A DNA stretch of 64,000 nt from an uncultured Candidatus Saccharibacteria bacterium (GTDB lineage: Bacteria; Patescibacteriota; Saccharimonadia; Saccharimonadales; 2-12-FULL-41-12). The position numbers and the translations under genes are program-made. How positions within the stretch are numbered: position 1 is the stretch's first letter; each line of letters starts with the position of its first letter. Below the pieces are notes generated by a model. It ran no database searches. It had not been told where the DNA came from and saw nothing but the letters and a program-made list of their open reading frames with translations. Below are positions 45,631 to 55,964 of this stretch, piece by piece. Where the stretch lies: NCBI GenBank assembly GCA_964573095.1, contig CAZNIK010000001.1, forward strand, positions 121,004-185,003, read 5' to 3'.

Positions 45631-47559
45631 TTATTTCCGAACCTGGTCTTCGATAATTCCTAAGTCAATTTTATTTGCTCGGTCAATTTCATTTCGACGG
45701 AGTTGCTTTTCGATTGATTTTAGTTGTGCGGGTGATACGTCAAATCGGTAGGTGAACTTAATGAAGCGCGCCAGATCAGCTCTGTAATCGTGTCCGCTTG
45801 CGACAAACTTGCCTGGTACTGGCCGAAGCGCGTTTTTCATTCCAAAGAGCATCTGGACAAAAAGTGTTGGAGTACGATACGCCAACTTCCCTTGCATCTC
45901 AGCAGGACGCTTATTGGGGTCGTCAATCCATTCGGGCTGCTTTAAGAGCAAGTCTAAGCTAAATTGAGGTATTGGGTCGTTGTGATGCGTAAGCAAGACG
46001 TAGCGTATGCGGGAGCGCTCGGACGCGCGTAGCTTTTTGGTGTCATTAATGTTATCGAAGCTACCAACAAGACTTGACTCGACGTTGAGCATCTTTCCCG
46101 AAAGTACTTGCTTCTTCCATTTGCTGCCAGCCGGTGTTCCAATCCACAGAGCGCTGTCAATCGCTAAATACTGGAGACCGTCTGTGCCTTCGTTTATAAA
46201 TGCATTTTGCGACGTCCAAGCACCTAAACTTTCTCCAAAGAGAATAATCTTTGGGCGTTTCTTTGCAGGCAATGTGTCGAGCTTGCGCTTGATGCCGTTT
46301 AGCAACATTCTGTATTGGCGAAATCCTTCGTCGACCCTGTCAAGTGACATCGGTGACGGTCGTTTTGAATACTGAATAGCCACCGAGGCGACATCACCTC
46401 TCGTCATGTACTCTATTGATTCGCTCATCACATAGTTTATATAGCCCGTCCCCGTTGGCGACACCACCACAATATGAGAGCGACTAAATGCCTGCGTTCT
46501 GTCGAGTTCGTGCAATGCCAGGGCTACTCTTTCTTCTTCTGAAGAAGCACTATCCAACCCAACAAAAATTCGTACCGGCTCAAGCGCGCTTTCCTTCATT
46601 ACGTCTGCAATGTGAGCCGAGGATAACTTGGAACCAATATGACGCCTTCCCTGGATAGTTAGGGTTTGCCAGTTTACCGCACTGCCTTTACCGCCGCTCG
46701 ATAACCTTGTTTTTGGCGATGCATGATAGCCCTCTTCAATATTCTCAGAATTATCTTCAATTTGCTTATAGATACTTTCTACAGCTTTTGCCAAGCCAAA
46801 GACCATTATTCCCGCGGTAAGCACATGTCCTACCGGCAGCCAGCTACGTTTTGCAAACGGCGCGTACTCCTCCATAGTCGCGTCAACTATTTTCGCCGCT
46901 TCTCGCTCTAAGTGCGCAAAGCCAAAGAGCGCTGCAGTTACCACAGCACCTAGCGCAACGATTTTAACTGGCCTGGTGTCCTTGAGGGTTTTTCGCAGGA
47001 GTACTCCTCGATCTTGGTCAGTTCGCCTAAGATCGTCGAGCAAGCTAAAAATAAGACCGGCGCCGATGACATAAGGTATCAAATTTCTGTCTTGGGCGTG
47101 AGTCTTCGACCTACTCAGTTTATTGTTTATGGCCTCGATACAGCCATACACCAAATTGGCTAAACCAATGTTTTTTAACCAGTAGCCACCCGTTCTTTTG
47201 ACCGAAACCGTGAGCCTTTCCTCGGTTTTATACGGGAATTTTGATTGCAGCCAGTAACCAAGAACCAGTGACAAAAATCCAATAACCGCTGAGTCGTTTA
47301 GTCGAGTATCATTAATTTGAATATTTTTTCTGTGTTCGCCTTCAACGACAGAGTCCAGACCAAGTTCGGTTACGTCTTGCAGCACTGTAGAGAGCATATA
47401 GACAAGTGCGATTGTTATTCCTGTGATTAACGCTTGATCAACATCGCTCCTGGGCATCAATGAGCGCTGAAATGTTTTGGGTATTGAAGCCGACGCGAGT
47501 AGCAATCCAACTGCCTGCGCTCTATTTCTTTTATTCTGAATAGTTTCTTTATGTCGCAA
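45631..47559 (-). CDS. membrane-bound alpha/beta-hydrolase family protein (Abhydrolase_9-like)
   Basis: 642 aa. An N-terminal polytopic half, then a C-terminal hydrolase half with VVVSPTGTGY and ILFGESLGAW (nucleophile elbow). Confidence 0.6.
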   Translation of the reverse strand: MRHKETIQNKRNRAQAVGLLLASASIPKTFQRSLMPRSDVDQALITGITIALVYMLSTVLQDVTELGLDSVVEGEHRKNIQINDTRLNDSAVIGFLSLVLGYWLQSKFPYKTEERLTVSVKRTGGYWLKNIGLANLVYGCIEAINNKLSRSKTHAQDRNLIPYVIGAGLIFSLLDDLRRTDQDRGVLLRKTLKDTRPVKIVALGAVVTAALFGFAHLEREAAKIVDATMEEYAPFAKRSWLPVGHVLTAGIMVFGLAKAVESIYKQIEDNSENIEEGYHASPKTRLSSGGKGSAVNWQTLTIQGRRHIGSKLSSAHIADVMKESALEPVRIFVGLDSASSEEERVALALHELDRTQAFSRSHIVVVSPTGTGYINYVMSESIEYMTRGDVASVAIQYSKRPSPMSLDRVDEGFRQYRMLLNGIKRKLDTLPAKKRPKIILFGESLGAWTSQNAFINEGTDGLQYLAIDSALWIGTPAGSKWKKQVLSGKMLNVESSLVGSFDNINDTKKLRASERSRIRYVLLTHHNDPIPQFSLDLLLKQPEWIDDPNKRPAEMQGKLAYRTPTLFVQMLFGMKNALRPVPGKFVASGHDYRADLARFIKFTYRFDVSPAQLKSIEKQLRRNEIDRANKIDLGIIEDQVRK

Positions 47560-47709
47560 AATATATCCTTCTCCAAAGCCGGCACCACAGGATATATATT
47601 CTAGTAGAATAATTACAGTTATGCAACAAGATGGCCTAAATTATTGAGTAATAATTTATCGATATCGCAACCGTGGGCACACAAATGGTCAAACGTGGGT
47701 TTTTTGGTG

Positions 47710-48972
47710 CTATTTGTTGCTTATCTGTGGTGGAGATCCGCCGAGAACGAATAGCACAAAGATAACAGCAAGCGAAATAAGGGCTGCAGTGATGAATGAT
47801 GTGAGACTTATAGAAATAAACAATAGTGACAGCAAAAAACCTAACAACACAACAAAAATGAGTAGTTTTCTTTGACGACGTAGCCATTTACTAAGGGTTG
47901 GATCTTGATTGTTGAAAATAGCCTTGTGAGCATTTCCCCCAATGAGCGCTTGAAGTCGGGCTCGTGTTTTGGTTGCAGTTTGGGTGGTGTCACCTATCCA
48001 CGCGACAAAAGAAAGGCTAAACCCAAACAGTACTTGTCCCCATAAGATTTGAGTGTATGGTTGAAAGACAATTTTCCAGGTCTCAACAGCGGCCTGCCGA
48101 AATGAGGGTTGGGTGTTGCTGGCTAAAACCGCTTGGCCAATTTTAAGAGCAATAAGCAACGCAATTGAGAGCACCACAACTAGCATTCCTATATGAATTA
48201 TGGTTTTGCGTCGGTTGTCACTTAGATATATCGAGAGCGAAAAAAGACCGAGCACGAGCATGATCGAGATCACGCGGGCAATTGACATGTTGCTGACTAT
48301 AGCGTGAGCGACCGGCAAATAGTCAGCTTGGATTATCACAATCTCGCCAATATTATTCGGTAATTGTTTTCCAGCTAGAAAGTTAAGTTTTGTGTTTTCC
48401 AGTTGTGCTGAAAGCTGATTATATACATCGCTAACCGAAATGGTGCCATTACCCTTATATGACTTAAGGTTGTCAATGAGATTTTGGTGGGCAGTCCGAA
48501 GAGTCTTTTCCCAAACGGTTTGGAATGAGGGTGAGGCAAGAATTTTTTGTGCTTCCTTTGTTGCTGCGTTTTGGATTTCGGTTGCAACTTGTGGAGCTAA
48601 AAAGTCTATCTTGTCTGGAAGGACTTCAGTAGCAAGCTGCAGGGTGTCTACTTGAGCGAACAGTGCGTTAGTGGTTTTCTTGGCAACTGCTTCTTGAATC
48701 GCACCTTGCTGGATTAATGGTCCCACTGACTTCATGAATCTATCAGTATTAGTCAGCGTCATGCCTGCGTAAAAGATCACGCTGGCTGCCACAAAGATAC
48801 CCCCGGCAAGGCTAAAGCTGATCCATTTAAGAATTGTCTTGCCGCTGCGCTTTGGGGTAACAGTTTTGCCGCGAAGCCTGGACACCTCCTTCTTTAGGCG
48901 TTTATTTTCCTGTTGCAGTTCAATAATTTTCACTTCTTGCTTAGTAGCCATGCACGTATCCGCTATCCACAC
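47710..48972 (-). CDS. hypothetical membrane protein
   Basis: 420 aa. A short N-terminal coiled-coil (IIELQQENKRLKKEVSRLRG) and several TM helices at both ends. No family recognised. Confidence 0.5.
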   Translation of the reverse strand: MWIADTCMATKQEVKIIELQQENKRLKKEVSRLRGKTVTPKRSGKTILKWISFSLAGGIFVAASVIFYAGMTLTNTDRFMKSVGPLIQQGAIQEAVAKKTTNALFAQVDTLQLATEVLPDKIDFLAPQVATEIQNAATKEAQKILASPSFQTVWEKTLRTAHQNLIDNLKSYKGNGTISVSDVYNQLSAQLENTKLNFLAGKQLPNNIGEIVIIQADYLPVAHAIVSNMSIARVISIMLVLGLFSLSIYLSDNRRKTIIHIGMLVVVLSIALLIALKIGQAVLASNTQPSFRQAAVETWKIVFQPYTQILWGQVLFGFSLSFVAWIGDTTQTATKTRARLQALIGGNAHKAIFNNQDPTLSKWLRRQRKLLIFVVLLGFLLSLLFISISLTSFITAALISLAVIFVLFVLGGSPPQISNK

Positions 48973-49078
48973 TATTTAGTAAAAATATAGTATAAGAATT
49001 TGGTTAACCCAGCAAACCATCGACAAAACAACTACTTTATATTTTGGGTTTTTATGATATAATTTATAAAAATTTATT

Positions 49079-50218
49079 ATGAAAAACTTAATCAAGGTTG
49101 ATAAATCTCAACGCACTGCCCTAGCGATTGCAATGGTGGCGGCTATAGTTGTGGCAGTGTTTTTTCTGCAGCGATACTTACTGCTTGTTGTTGTTGCAGC
49201 TATCGTCGCATTCATTTTTAATCCTGTCTATAAAAAGCTACTGACAAAAGGACGCAGTCCCTCCAGTGCAGCTTCGATTACCTTGCTTGTAACCATTTTG
49301 TCATTTGTGATCCCAGTTTCACTGTTAGTTGCTATCACAAGCGTTCAAGTTGTGACGCTGCTCGACACCATAAAGCAGAGTGCAGATGGCTTTGATCTTG
49401 GAAATATTGGTCAGCGAGTAGTAAATTCTGCAAATGACGTGTTTACAAGTCTTGGCTTAAATATTCATATTACCTCACAGAGCATTACATCAGCGGCTAC
49501 CAAAGCGGTTGAAGGCTTGGGAGAGACATTGCTAAAAAATGCCTGGGCATCAATTAACGGTATATTTGGATTCATTACCATTGCGATCATTTATATATAC
49601 GTGTTTATATCCTTGCTCAAGAACCAGGATGCTATTTTCCGGATTTTTCATAAGATTAATCCATTAGGAAGGCAAATTAGCGAACTGTATGTCGCAAGAA
49701 TGGGCAGCATGACGAAGGCCATGGTAAGAGGACAGTTCATTATCGCGACACTTCAAGGCCTCACCGATGCCGCATTGTTATATATTGGCGGTATTCATAC
49801 GGCATTTTTCTTTTTTGCGGTAGTACTTATTGCTCTATCTATTATTCCACTCGGTGGTGGAATTTTGGTGCTACCGATCGGCGTGGTAATGCTTTTGACC
49901 GGGAATATTGTAGGAGGGCTAATTGTTATTTTGGGACATCTTTTGATTGTGACAAATATTGACAACATTATGCGCCCACGGTTGGTGCCAAAAGAAGCGA
50001 GACTTGACCCTGCCCTCACTTTATTAGCTGTATTTTCTGGAGTAACACTTTTTGGTTTCATAGGCATTATTCTTGGCCCTGTACTAATGATTGTGCTGGT
50101 AACTACGCTGCAGGTTTATCTCGAAGTCTTTAAGGGAGAAAATGCCGTCCAAGATGGCGAAACTCAAACAAAAGTAAGTTTATCTAAGAGATTTGGCAAA
50201 TTTTTTGCAAGCAAATAA
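49079..50218 (+). CDS. AI-2E family transporter (PerM/UPF0118)
   Basis: 379 aa with 7-8 TM helices. The conserved C-terminal region is ...NIMRPRLV...L.P.L.LLAVF.G...FG..G...GP. Confidence 0.8.
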   Translation: MKNLIKVDKSQRTALAIAMVAAIVVAVFFLQRYLLLVVVAAIVAFIFNPVYKKLLTKGRSPSSAASITLLVTILSFVIPVSLLVAITSVQVVTLLDTIKQSADGFDLGNIGQRVVNSANDVFTSLGLNIHITSQSITSAATKAVEGLGETLLKNAWASINGIFGFITIAIIYIYVFISLLKNQDAIFRIFHKINPLGRQISELYVARMGSMTKAMVRGQFIIATLQGLTDAALLYIGGIHTAFFFFAVVLIALSIIPLGGGILVLPIGVVMLLTGNIVGGLIVILGHLLIVTNIDNIMRPRLVPKEARLDPALTLLAVFSGVTLFGFIGIILGPVLMIVLVTTLQVYLEVFKGENAVQDGETQTKVSLSKRFGKFFASK

Positions 50219-50268
50219 AAGCAAAAAGATTTGCGATCCTGTAGCTTGTTAGCTACATTATTTGAACG

Positions 50269-51186
50269 ATGGAAGCCTCACACAAAATAAAAAAGCACAT
50301 TGCGCCCCTCCATGTGAATGGCTTAAATGGACGATTGCTACGACTTCCAGCGCCCAAAAATAAGAACCGAGAAATTTTGTTGCTGTATGGGCATCACTCA
50401 AGTTTAGAAAGAATGTCGGGATTCGCTGAGGTTATGAACCGATATGGTGCGGTAACGATGCCGGATTTACCGGGCTTCGGAGGAATGGACAGCTTTTATA
50501 AGATTGGTGAAAAGCCCACCCTCGATAACTATGCCGACTACCTGGCATCGATTATTAAGCTAAGGTACAAACGTAGACGCGTCACAATTGTTGGAATGTC
50601 CTTTGCCTTTCCAATTATTGTAAGAACCCTTCAAAAATATCCAGAACTAGAGTCAAAAGTTGACATATTGGTAAGCACCGTTGGGTTTGTGCACTATCAA
50701 GATTTCAAGTTTGGGCCAATAAATTACTGGGGACTACGAAGTCTTGGATGGCTTGGTTCGTTTCGATTTACCTCATATATCATTGAGAAGGTACTATTAC
50801 GCGGTCCGTTCATTCGGGCCACCTACAACTTGGTGAAAGATAAGCATTCGAAGCTTTTCGACGCAAACGAAGCGGAGCGAAGAAAAAGAATCGATTTTGA
50901 AGTGCAGCTGTGGCAGATGAATGATCTTCGAACCAGGATGTTTACGATTCACATGATGATGAAGTTAGACGTCTGTGCGGCGCAGCTGCCGACCAAAACC
51001 TACCACGTAGCCCCAGACTACGACCGATATTTTGACAATCACACCGTAGAACAGCACATGCGTGTCATTTTTGATAATTTTGAGGTGGTGCCCACAAAAA
51101 TGCCGGCTCACGCACCAAGTATTATTGCGAGCGCAAAAGAGGCGATGCCTTACGTTCCTCTCCGGCTTAGAAGACTCCTGTCTTAA
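50269..51186 (+). CDS. alpha/beta hydrolase fold protein
   Basis: ILLLYGHHSSLERM, MPDLPGFGG and an elbow-like IVGMSFAF. The serine context is atypical. Confidence 0.55.
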   Translation: MEASHKIKKHIAPLHVNGLNGRLLRLPAPKNKNREILLLYGHHSSLERMSGFAEVMNRYGAVTMPDLPGFGGMDSFYKIGEKPTLDNYADYLASIIKLRYKRRRVTIVGMSFAFPIIVRTLQKYPELESKVDILVSTVGFVHYQDFKFGPINYWGLRSLGWLGSFRFTSYIIEKVLLRGPFIRATYNLVKDKHSKLFDANEAERRKRIDFEVQLWQMNDLRTRMFTIHMMMKLDVCAAQLPTKTYHVAPDYDRYFDNHTVEQHMRVIFDNFEVVPTKMPAHAPSIIASAKEAMPYVPLRLRRLLS

Positions 51187-51220
51187 ATTAAGCTGATATA
51201 ATTAAAAGTAAAGAGATTGT

Positions 51221-52348
51221 ATGAAAATTGGAATTGTTTGCCCTTACAACATATTCATCGGTGGTGGCGTACAGGAAGTTGCGCTGGCGCTTCGAGACGG
51301 GGCTGAAAAGCGAGGACACGAGGCCTACATTATCACGCCACAACCCAAGGAAGTACCCCAGCGTATTCCCAAAAATGTATTAATTGTAGGTGGCAGCAGG
51401 CCCGTAAGAACTTTCGCGACTGTTTCTCAATTTTCGGCGAGCGTTGATACAGATCGATTGGACGAGATGCTCGACGAACACAACTTCGACATTATTCATT
51501 TTCATGAACCATGGGTTCCAATCCTGTCTAGGCAAATAATGATTCGATCGAATGCTATTCATATTGGGACGTTTCATGCAGCGATGTCCGAGAGAGCGTC
51601 TGTGCGGACGATAGAAAGAGTAATTACCCCTTACACAAAATCAATACTAAAGTATCTTGATGTCATGACAGCTGTATCCCCTGCCGCTACAAACTACGTC
51701 AAGACGATTTCGAAGCGACAATTATTAATAGTCCCCAACGGCATTGACCTTTCAAAATATAAAGTAGGTACCGGCACGCACGATACGGATACCGTTACCA
51801 TCCTCTACGTTGGGCGCTTAGAGAAAAGAAAAGCTGTAAAATACTTGATTGCGGCGTTCTCTGAGGTGAAGCAAAAGCATCAGAACTATAGGTTACTTAT
51901 TGCCGGGAATGGACCGGACAGAGAAAAACTTGAAGAATTAGTCAAGGAGCTCAACGTAAAGGATGTTGAGTTTTTAGGATTCATCTCGGAAGAAGAAAAA
52001 CTAAGATTGTTGCAGCGATCGAGTGTATTTTGTTCTCCCGCCATGTACGGAGAAAGTTTTGGAATTGTGCTTCTTGAGGCTATGGCCAGTGGCTGTGTCA
52101 CCGTTGCCGGCAACAATTCTGGCTACGAGGGCGTACTAACGGGTACTGGACAAATATCGCTCATTGATCCAAAAGATACGAAGGAATTTGCACGAAGGTT
52201 GGTGCTATTGGCGACAGATGAAAAAATTAGAGCCGCTTGGCTGGATTGGGCGAAAGAAAGCGTCGAGAAATATGAGTACAGTAAGGTAATCGACCAGTAC
52301 TTAGCAATTTATAAGGCGGCCTATGCCAAAAAAAATTCGAAAACTTAA
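51221..52348 (+). CDS. glycosyltransferase family 4 (GT-B)
   Basis: MKIGIVCPY.., ILYVGRLEKRK and the E-x7-E motif ESFGIVLLEAMASG. Confidence 0.88.
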   Translation: MKIGIVCPYNIFIGGGVQEVALALRDGAEKRGHEAYIITPQPKEVPQRIPKNVLIVGGSRPVRTFATVSQFSASVDTDRLDEMLDEHNFDIIHFHEPWVPILSRQIMIRSNAIHIGTFHAAMSERASVRTIERVITPYTKSILKYLDVMTAVSPAATNYVKTISKRQLLIVPNGIDLSKYKVGTGTHDTDTVTILYVGRLEKRKAVKYLIAAFSEVKQKHQNYRLLIAGNGPDREKLEELVKELNVKDVEFLGFISEEEKLRLLQRSSVFCSPAMYGESFGIVLLEAMASGCVTVAGNNSGYEGVLTGTGQISLIDPKDTKEFARRLVLLATDEKIRAAWLDWAKESVEKYEYSKVIDQYLAIYKAAYAKKNSKT

Positions 52349-53468
52349 GATTGGGTATGTGCTTGATGACGGTCTTGATCGTCTTGATGGCGTTCAACAG
52401 TACGTACTTACAATCAGTCGGTGGATGAAACAACAAGGTCATGAAGTGCATTACCTGTGTGGTGAAACGTCGACGACGGATATCGAGAACCTGCACTCCC
52501 TATCGAGAAATCTAAAGGTTCAATTTAATGGAAACGGGCTTACCTCTCCACTTCCAGCGTCAAATAAGAAAATAAAAAGGCTTCTTGCGCGCGAAATGTT
52601 TGATGTGCTGCACATTCAAGTGCCATACAGTCCGTTTATGGCAGCAAAAGTCATAAAGTTCGCACCCCCACATACGGCAATAATTGGTACGTTTCACATT
52701 CTGCCATATAACTTCTTAAGTAGGTACGGGAATAGAGTTTTAGGATTTATGCTTCGAAGGAACTTAAGACTGTTCGATGCACATATTGCAGTTTCCAAAC
52801 CGGCCCAGAATTTTGCAAAGCAGTCATTTGGTATACAGACCATCGTCTTGCCAAACGCCGTTGATGTCTCATTGTTCTCTGGCAATCAGCCAACTCGCCG
52901 TGTGTCGAGGGTTATCCAGTTGTTGTTTTTGGGTCGACTGGTTGAACGAAAAGGCTGTAAGCAGCTTCTATTTGCCGTTAAGCAGTTGCGAGCTTTAGGC
53001 ATTGAAAACTTCCAATTGTCTGTTTGTGGTGATGGACCACAACGACAAAGCCTAGAGCAGTTCGTAACGGATAATGGCTTGGAGGGATTTGTGAATTTCA
53101 AAGGATTTATTGACGAGGCGGATAAGCCCGCCACGCTTGCTGCGGCAGACATTGCGATATTTCCATCGATCTCTGGTGAAAGTTTCGGCATTGTGTTGAT
53201 TGAGGCAATGGCGGCGGGAGCGGGAGTTGTCATCGGAGGCAACAATCCGGGCTACATGTCGGTTCTGGAAAGCGACGAAACCATTTTTGATCCACGCAAT
53301 ACAGAAGAACTGACTTCACTACTCAAAAAGCTTGTTGCGGAAGAGGGGTTACGGGCACAGCTTCATGCCAGGCAACAAAAGCTTATACGAAAATATGATG
53401 TTGGTGATGTGGCGCCAAAAATATTAAACATATATACAGATTGCATTGCGTCAAAAGAGTCGCGATAA
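52323..53468 (+). CDS. glycosyltransferase family 4 (GT-B)
   Basis: LKIGYVLDD, LLFLGRLVERKG and ESFGIVLIEAMAAG. It overlaps the previous GT4 gene by 26 nt. Confidence 0.88.
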   Translation: MPKKIRKLKIGYVLDDGLDRLDGVQQYVLTISRWMKQQGHEVHYLCGETSTTDIENLHSLSRNLKVQFNGNGLTSPLPASNKKIKRLLAREMFDVLHIQVPYSPFMAAKVIKFAPPHTAIIGTFHILPYNFLSRYGNRVLGFMLRRNLRLFDAHIAVSKPAQNFAKQSFGIQTIVLPNAVDVSLFSGNQPTRRVSRVIQLLFLGRLVERKGCKQLLFAVKQLRALGIENFQLSVCGDGPQRQSLEQFVTDNGLEGFVNFKGFIDEADKPATLAAADIAIFPSISGESFGIVLIEAMAAGAGVVIGGNNPGYMSVLESDETIFDPRNTEELTSLLKKLVAEEGLRAQLHARQQKLIRKYDVGDVAPKILNIYTDCIASKESR

Positions 53469-53480
53469 TATGAGCACAGC

Positions 53481-54563
53481 ATGAGAAAAACAACCGACAA
53501 CCACATTGACATAAGGATAGATTCTAGAACTATTGTCCGTATTCTTGTATTGGTGGTTATCGCACTTTTAGCGTTGGCCTTTTTACGAAATATTTCCAAA
53601 CCGCTTATATTGATACTTATCTCGACGTTTCTGGCTCTGGCGTTGAATCCTGCCGTGTCTTGGATTGCCTCAAAGCTAAAGAGTAAAAATAGAGCCGTGG
53701 CAACAGGTGCTGCATACATTATCGTAATCGCGTTTTTGATTGGGTTTGTCTCATTTATCACTCCACCTTTAATCCGTCAAAGCGCAGACTTCGTGAAGGA
53801 GGTTCCTAGCAAAATAAACAATCTTACTTCTGAGGGCTCGTCGACACAGCGTTTTATCGAACGCTATCAACTGCAGGACGAACTGAAGAACGTATCTGAT
53901 GGCTTTAAGAACAGATTTTCTGATGTCAGCCAGCCTGCCTTATCTACTGCAAATGCGGTGCTCACCGCAATCTTAAGTGCGATCATTGTGTTTGTGCTGA
54001 CGTTTATGATGCTTATTGAGGGGCCTATGTGGCTAGAAAGAATTCTCTCAATCATGCCAGAAGAAAAACGAGAGCATAGGCGACGTCTGGCGAGAAAGAT
54101 GTATAGGGTTGTCGTTGGCTATGTAAACGGACAGGTGTTTGTGGCCGTTCTTGGAGGTATTTTTGCCACAATTGCTCTTTTTATCATGAGTCAAATATTT
54201 AACGCACCGATCAATCCCATTGCGCTAGGTGGTATTATCGGACTATTCTCTCTTCTTCCGCTGATAGGGTCTTTTATTGGTGCCACAATTGTCGTTTTAG
54301 CCTGCCTACTCGTCTCGCCGCCTCTCGCGCTGGCTGCAATTGCCTATTTTATTGTGTATCAGCAAATCGAGAACGTAACCATCCAGCCGATAATACAAGC
54401 AAAAACGAATGATCTTACGCCTTTGATCGTGTTTGTTGCGGCATTACTAGGCGTTGGTTTTGGCGGCTTTTTGGGCGCTTTCTTGGCAATACCTACCGCT
54501 GGTTGCATAAAAGTCTTGATAGAAGATCACTTTCAAAGCAAGCAACAAGAATCGAAGAGTTAG
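53481..54563 (+). CDS. AI-2E family transporter (second copy)
   Basis: 360 aa, polytopic. YFIVYQQIENVTIQPIIQAK...L.PLIVF.AALLG...GG.LGAFLAIP is typical of the family. Confidence 0.8.
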   Translation: MRKTTDNHIDIRIDSRTIVRILVLVVIALLALAFLRNISKPLILILISTFLALALNPAVSWIASKLKSKNRAVATGAAYIIVIAFLIGFVSFITPPLIRQSADFVKEVPSKINNLTSEGSSTQRFIERYQLQDELKNVSDGFKNRFSDVSQPALSTANAVLTAILSAIIVFVLTFMMLIEGPMWLERILSIMPEEKREHRRRLARKMYRVVVGYVNGQVFVAVLGGIFATIALFIMSQIFNAPINPIALGGIIGLFSLLPLIGSFIGATIVVLACLLVSPPLALAAIAYFIVYQQIENVTIQPIIQAKTNDLTPLIVFVAALLGVGFGGFLGAFLAIPTAGCIKVLIEDHFQSKQQESKS

Positions 54564-54566
54564 CGG

Positions 54567-55964
54567 CTAAGTCCTCCTCCATAGTGGGCCAATTGGAGTA
54601 TCGTTGATAATGATGTTTTCCAACAATAACTCTTGGCGATACTGATCCGCTGACTTCCAGTCATTGTTTTGGCGGGCCGCTTCGCGCTCTGCAATATTCT
54701 TTTTTTGAGCTGGGGTAATGTCGCTCGAAGCACGTAGATCTAGTCCTAATAGGTCGTCGACTGTAGCCAGGAGCGCCTCAAACTGATTGGCATTCTCTGA
54801 TGTAATTGGCATTGTCGCTTCATCAACTAGCTTTGATAATGCGGCGAGTGCGCTGGGAGAGTTAATATCATCTTGCATACTATATACAATCGAACTACCA
54901 ACTTCCTCAAGCAGGTCCTTTATGTCTTTGCCCCGCGAATCATATTGGAATCGTAAATCTGCCATGGCTTGTAGTGTGGTTCGCCGGTGTTTTGCAGATT
55001 CGAGTCCAGTCCACGTAAAATTTGTTTCGGAATGATACGAACTTTGTAGTACAAATAAACGAAAATCTAGCGGCGAGAAACCTTTTTCGCGAAGATCAGC
55101 CAGCGTATAGCCGTTCCCCAAGCTTTTTGAAAATTTTTGGCCGTTCACTTTCATAAAATTACTGTGTACCCAGTAGCGAACAAACTTCTTGCCTGTTGCA
55201 GACTCGCTTTGCGCAATCTCATTGGTGTGATGAATCGGAATATGGTCTATGCCGCCGGTGTGTATGTCGATGGTTTCGCCAAGGTACTTCATGGCCATAG
55301 CAGAGCACTCTATATGCCAGCCTGGAAACCCCTTTCCCCAGGGACTGTCCCACTCCATATCTCTTTGCTCGTTGTTTGCGGAAAATTTCCACAGGGCAAA
55401 ATCGGTTGGGTGTCGTTTTTCACCCATTTCGACCCGCACACCAGCTTTTAGTCCAGAAATATCAAGTTGCGCGAGCTTACCATACTCTGGAAATGTCGAG
55501 CTGTCAAAATACACGCCGTCATCGGTTACGTAGGTGTGACCGCCGCGCTCCAATCTTTGAATAAGCGCTATTTGTTCCGGAATATTGTCGGTAGCTTTTA
55601 CCAAATGAGTCAAGTCTAGAGTAATGTTAAGCTGTCGTAAGCCATCTTCAAATTCGGCTGTATATTTACTCGCGACAACCCACGCGGTCGTATTTTCCCG
55701 TCTGGCGCCCTTTTGCAGTTTATCTTCTCCGCTGTCTTCATCGCTGGTGAGGTGTCCAACGTCTGTAATATTCATATACCACACCAAGTTGTAGTGTAGG
55801 TAGACGAGCGTTCTCGCAAGCGTGTCCCATCGAACGTAGGCGGTCCAGTTGCCAATGGTTTGTGAGTCATATACGGTCGGGCCACACGAATACATTGTGA
55901 CCTTATTGTCATTTCCGGGAACGAATTTCTCAACTCGTCTTGTGAGGGTATTGGAAAGGTTCAT
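54567..55964 (-). CDS. cysS: cysteine--tRNA ligase
   Basis: MYSCGPTVYD, NITDVGHL..D.DSGEDK, PGWHIECSAM, GGIDHIPIHHTNE and KFSKSLGN (KMSKS). I prefer the start ATG 55964 (MNLSNTLTRR), which forms an ATGA overlap with the upstream gene's stop. Confidence 0.92.
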   Translation of the reverse strand: MNLSNTLTRRVEKFVPGNDNKVTMYSCGPTVYDSQTIGNWTAYVRWDTLARTLVYLHYNLVWYMNITDVGHLTSDEDSGEDKLQKGARRENTTAWVVASKYTAEFEDGLRQLNITLDLTHLVKATDNIPEQIALIQRLERGGHTYVTDDGVYFDSSTFPEYGKLAQLDISGLKAGVRVEMGEKRHPTDFALWKFSANNEQRDMEWDSPWGKGFPGWHIECSAMAMKYLGETIDIHTGGIDHIPIHHTNEIAQSESATGKKFVRYWVHSNFMKVNGQKFSKSLGNGYTLADLREKGFSPLDFRLFVLQSSYHSETNFTWTGLESAKHRRTTLQAMADLRFQYDSRGKDIKDLLEEVGSSIVYSMQDDINSPSALAALSKLVDEATMPITSENANQFEALLATVDDLLGLDLRASSDITPAQKKNIAEREAARQNNDWKSADQYRQELLLENIIINDTPIGPLWRRT

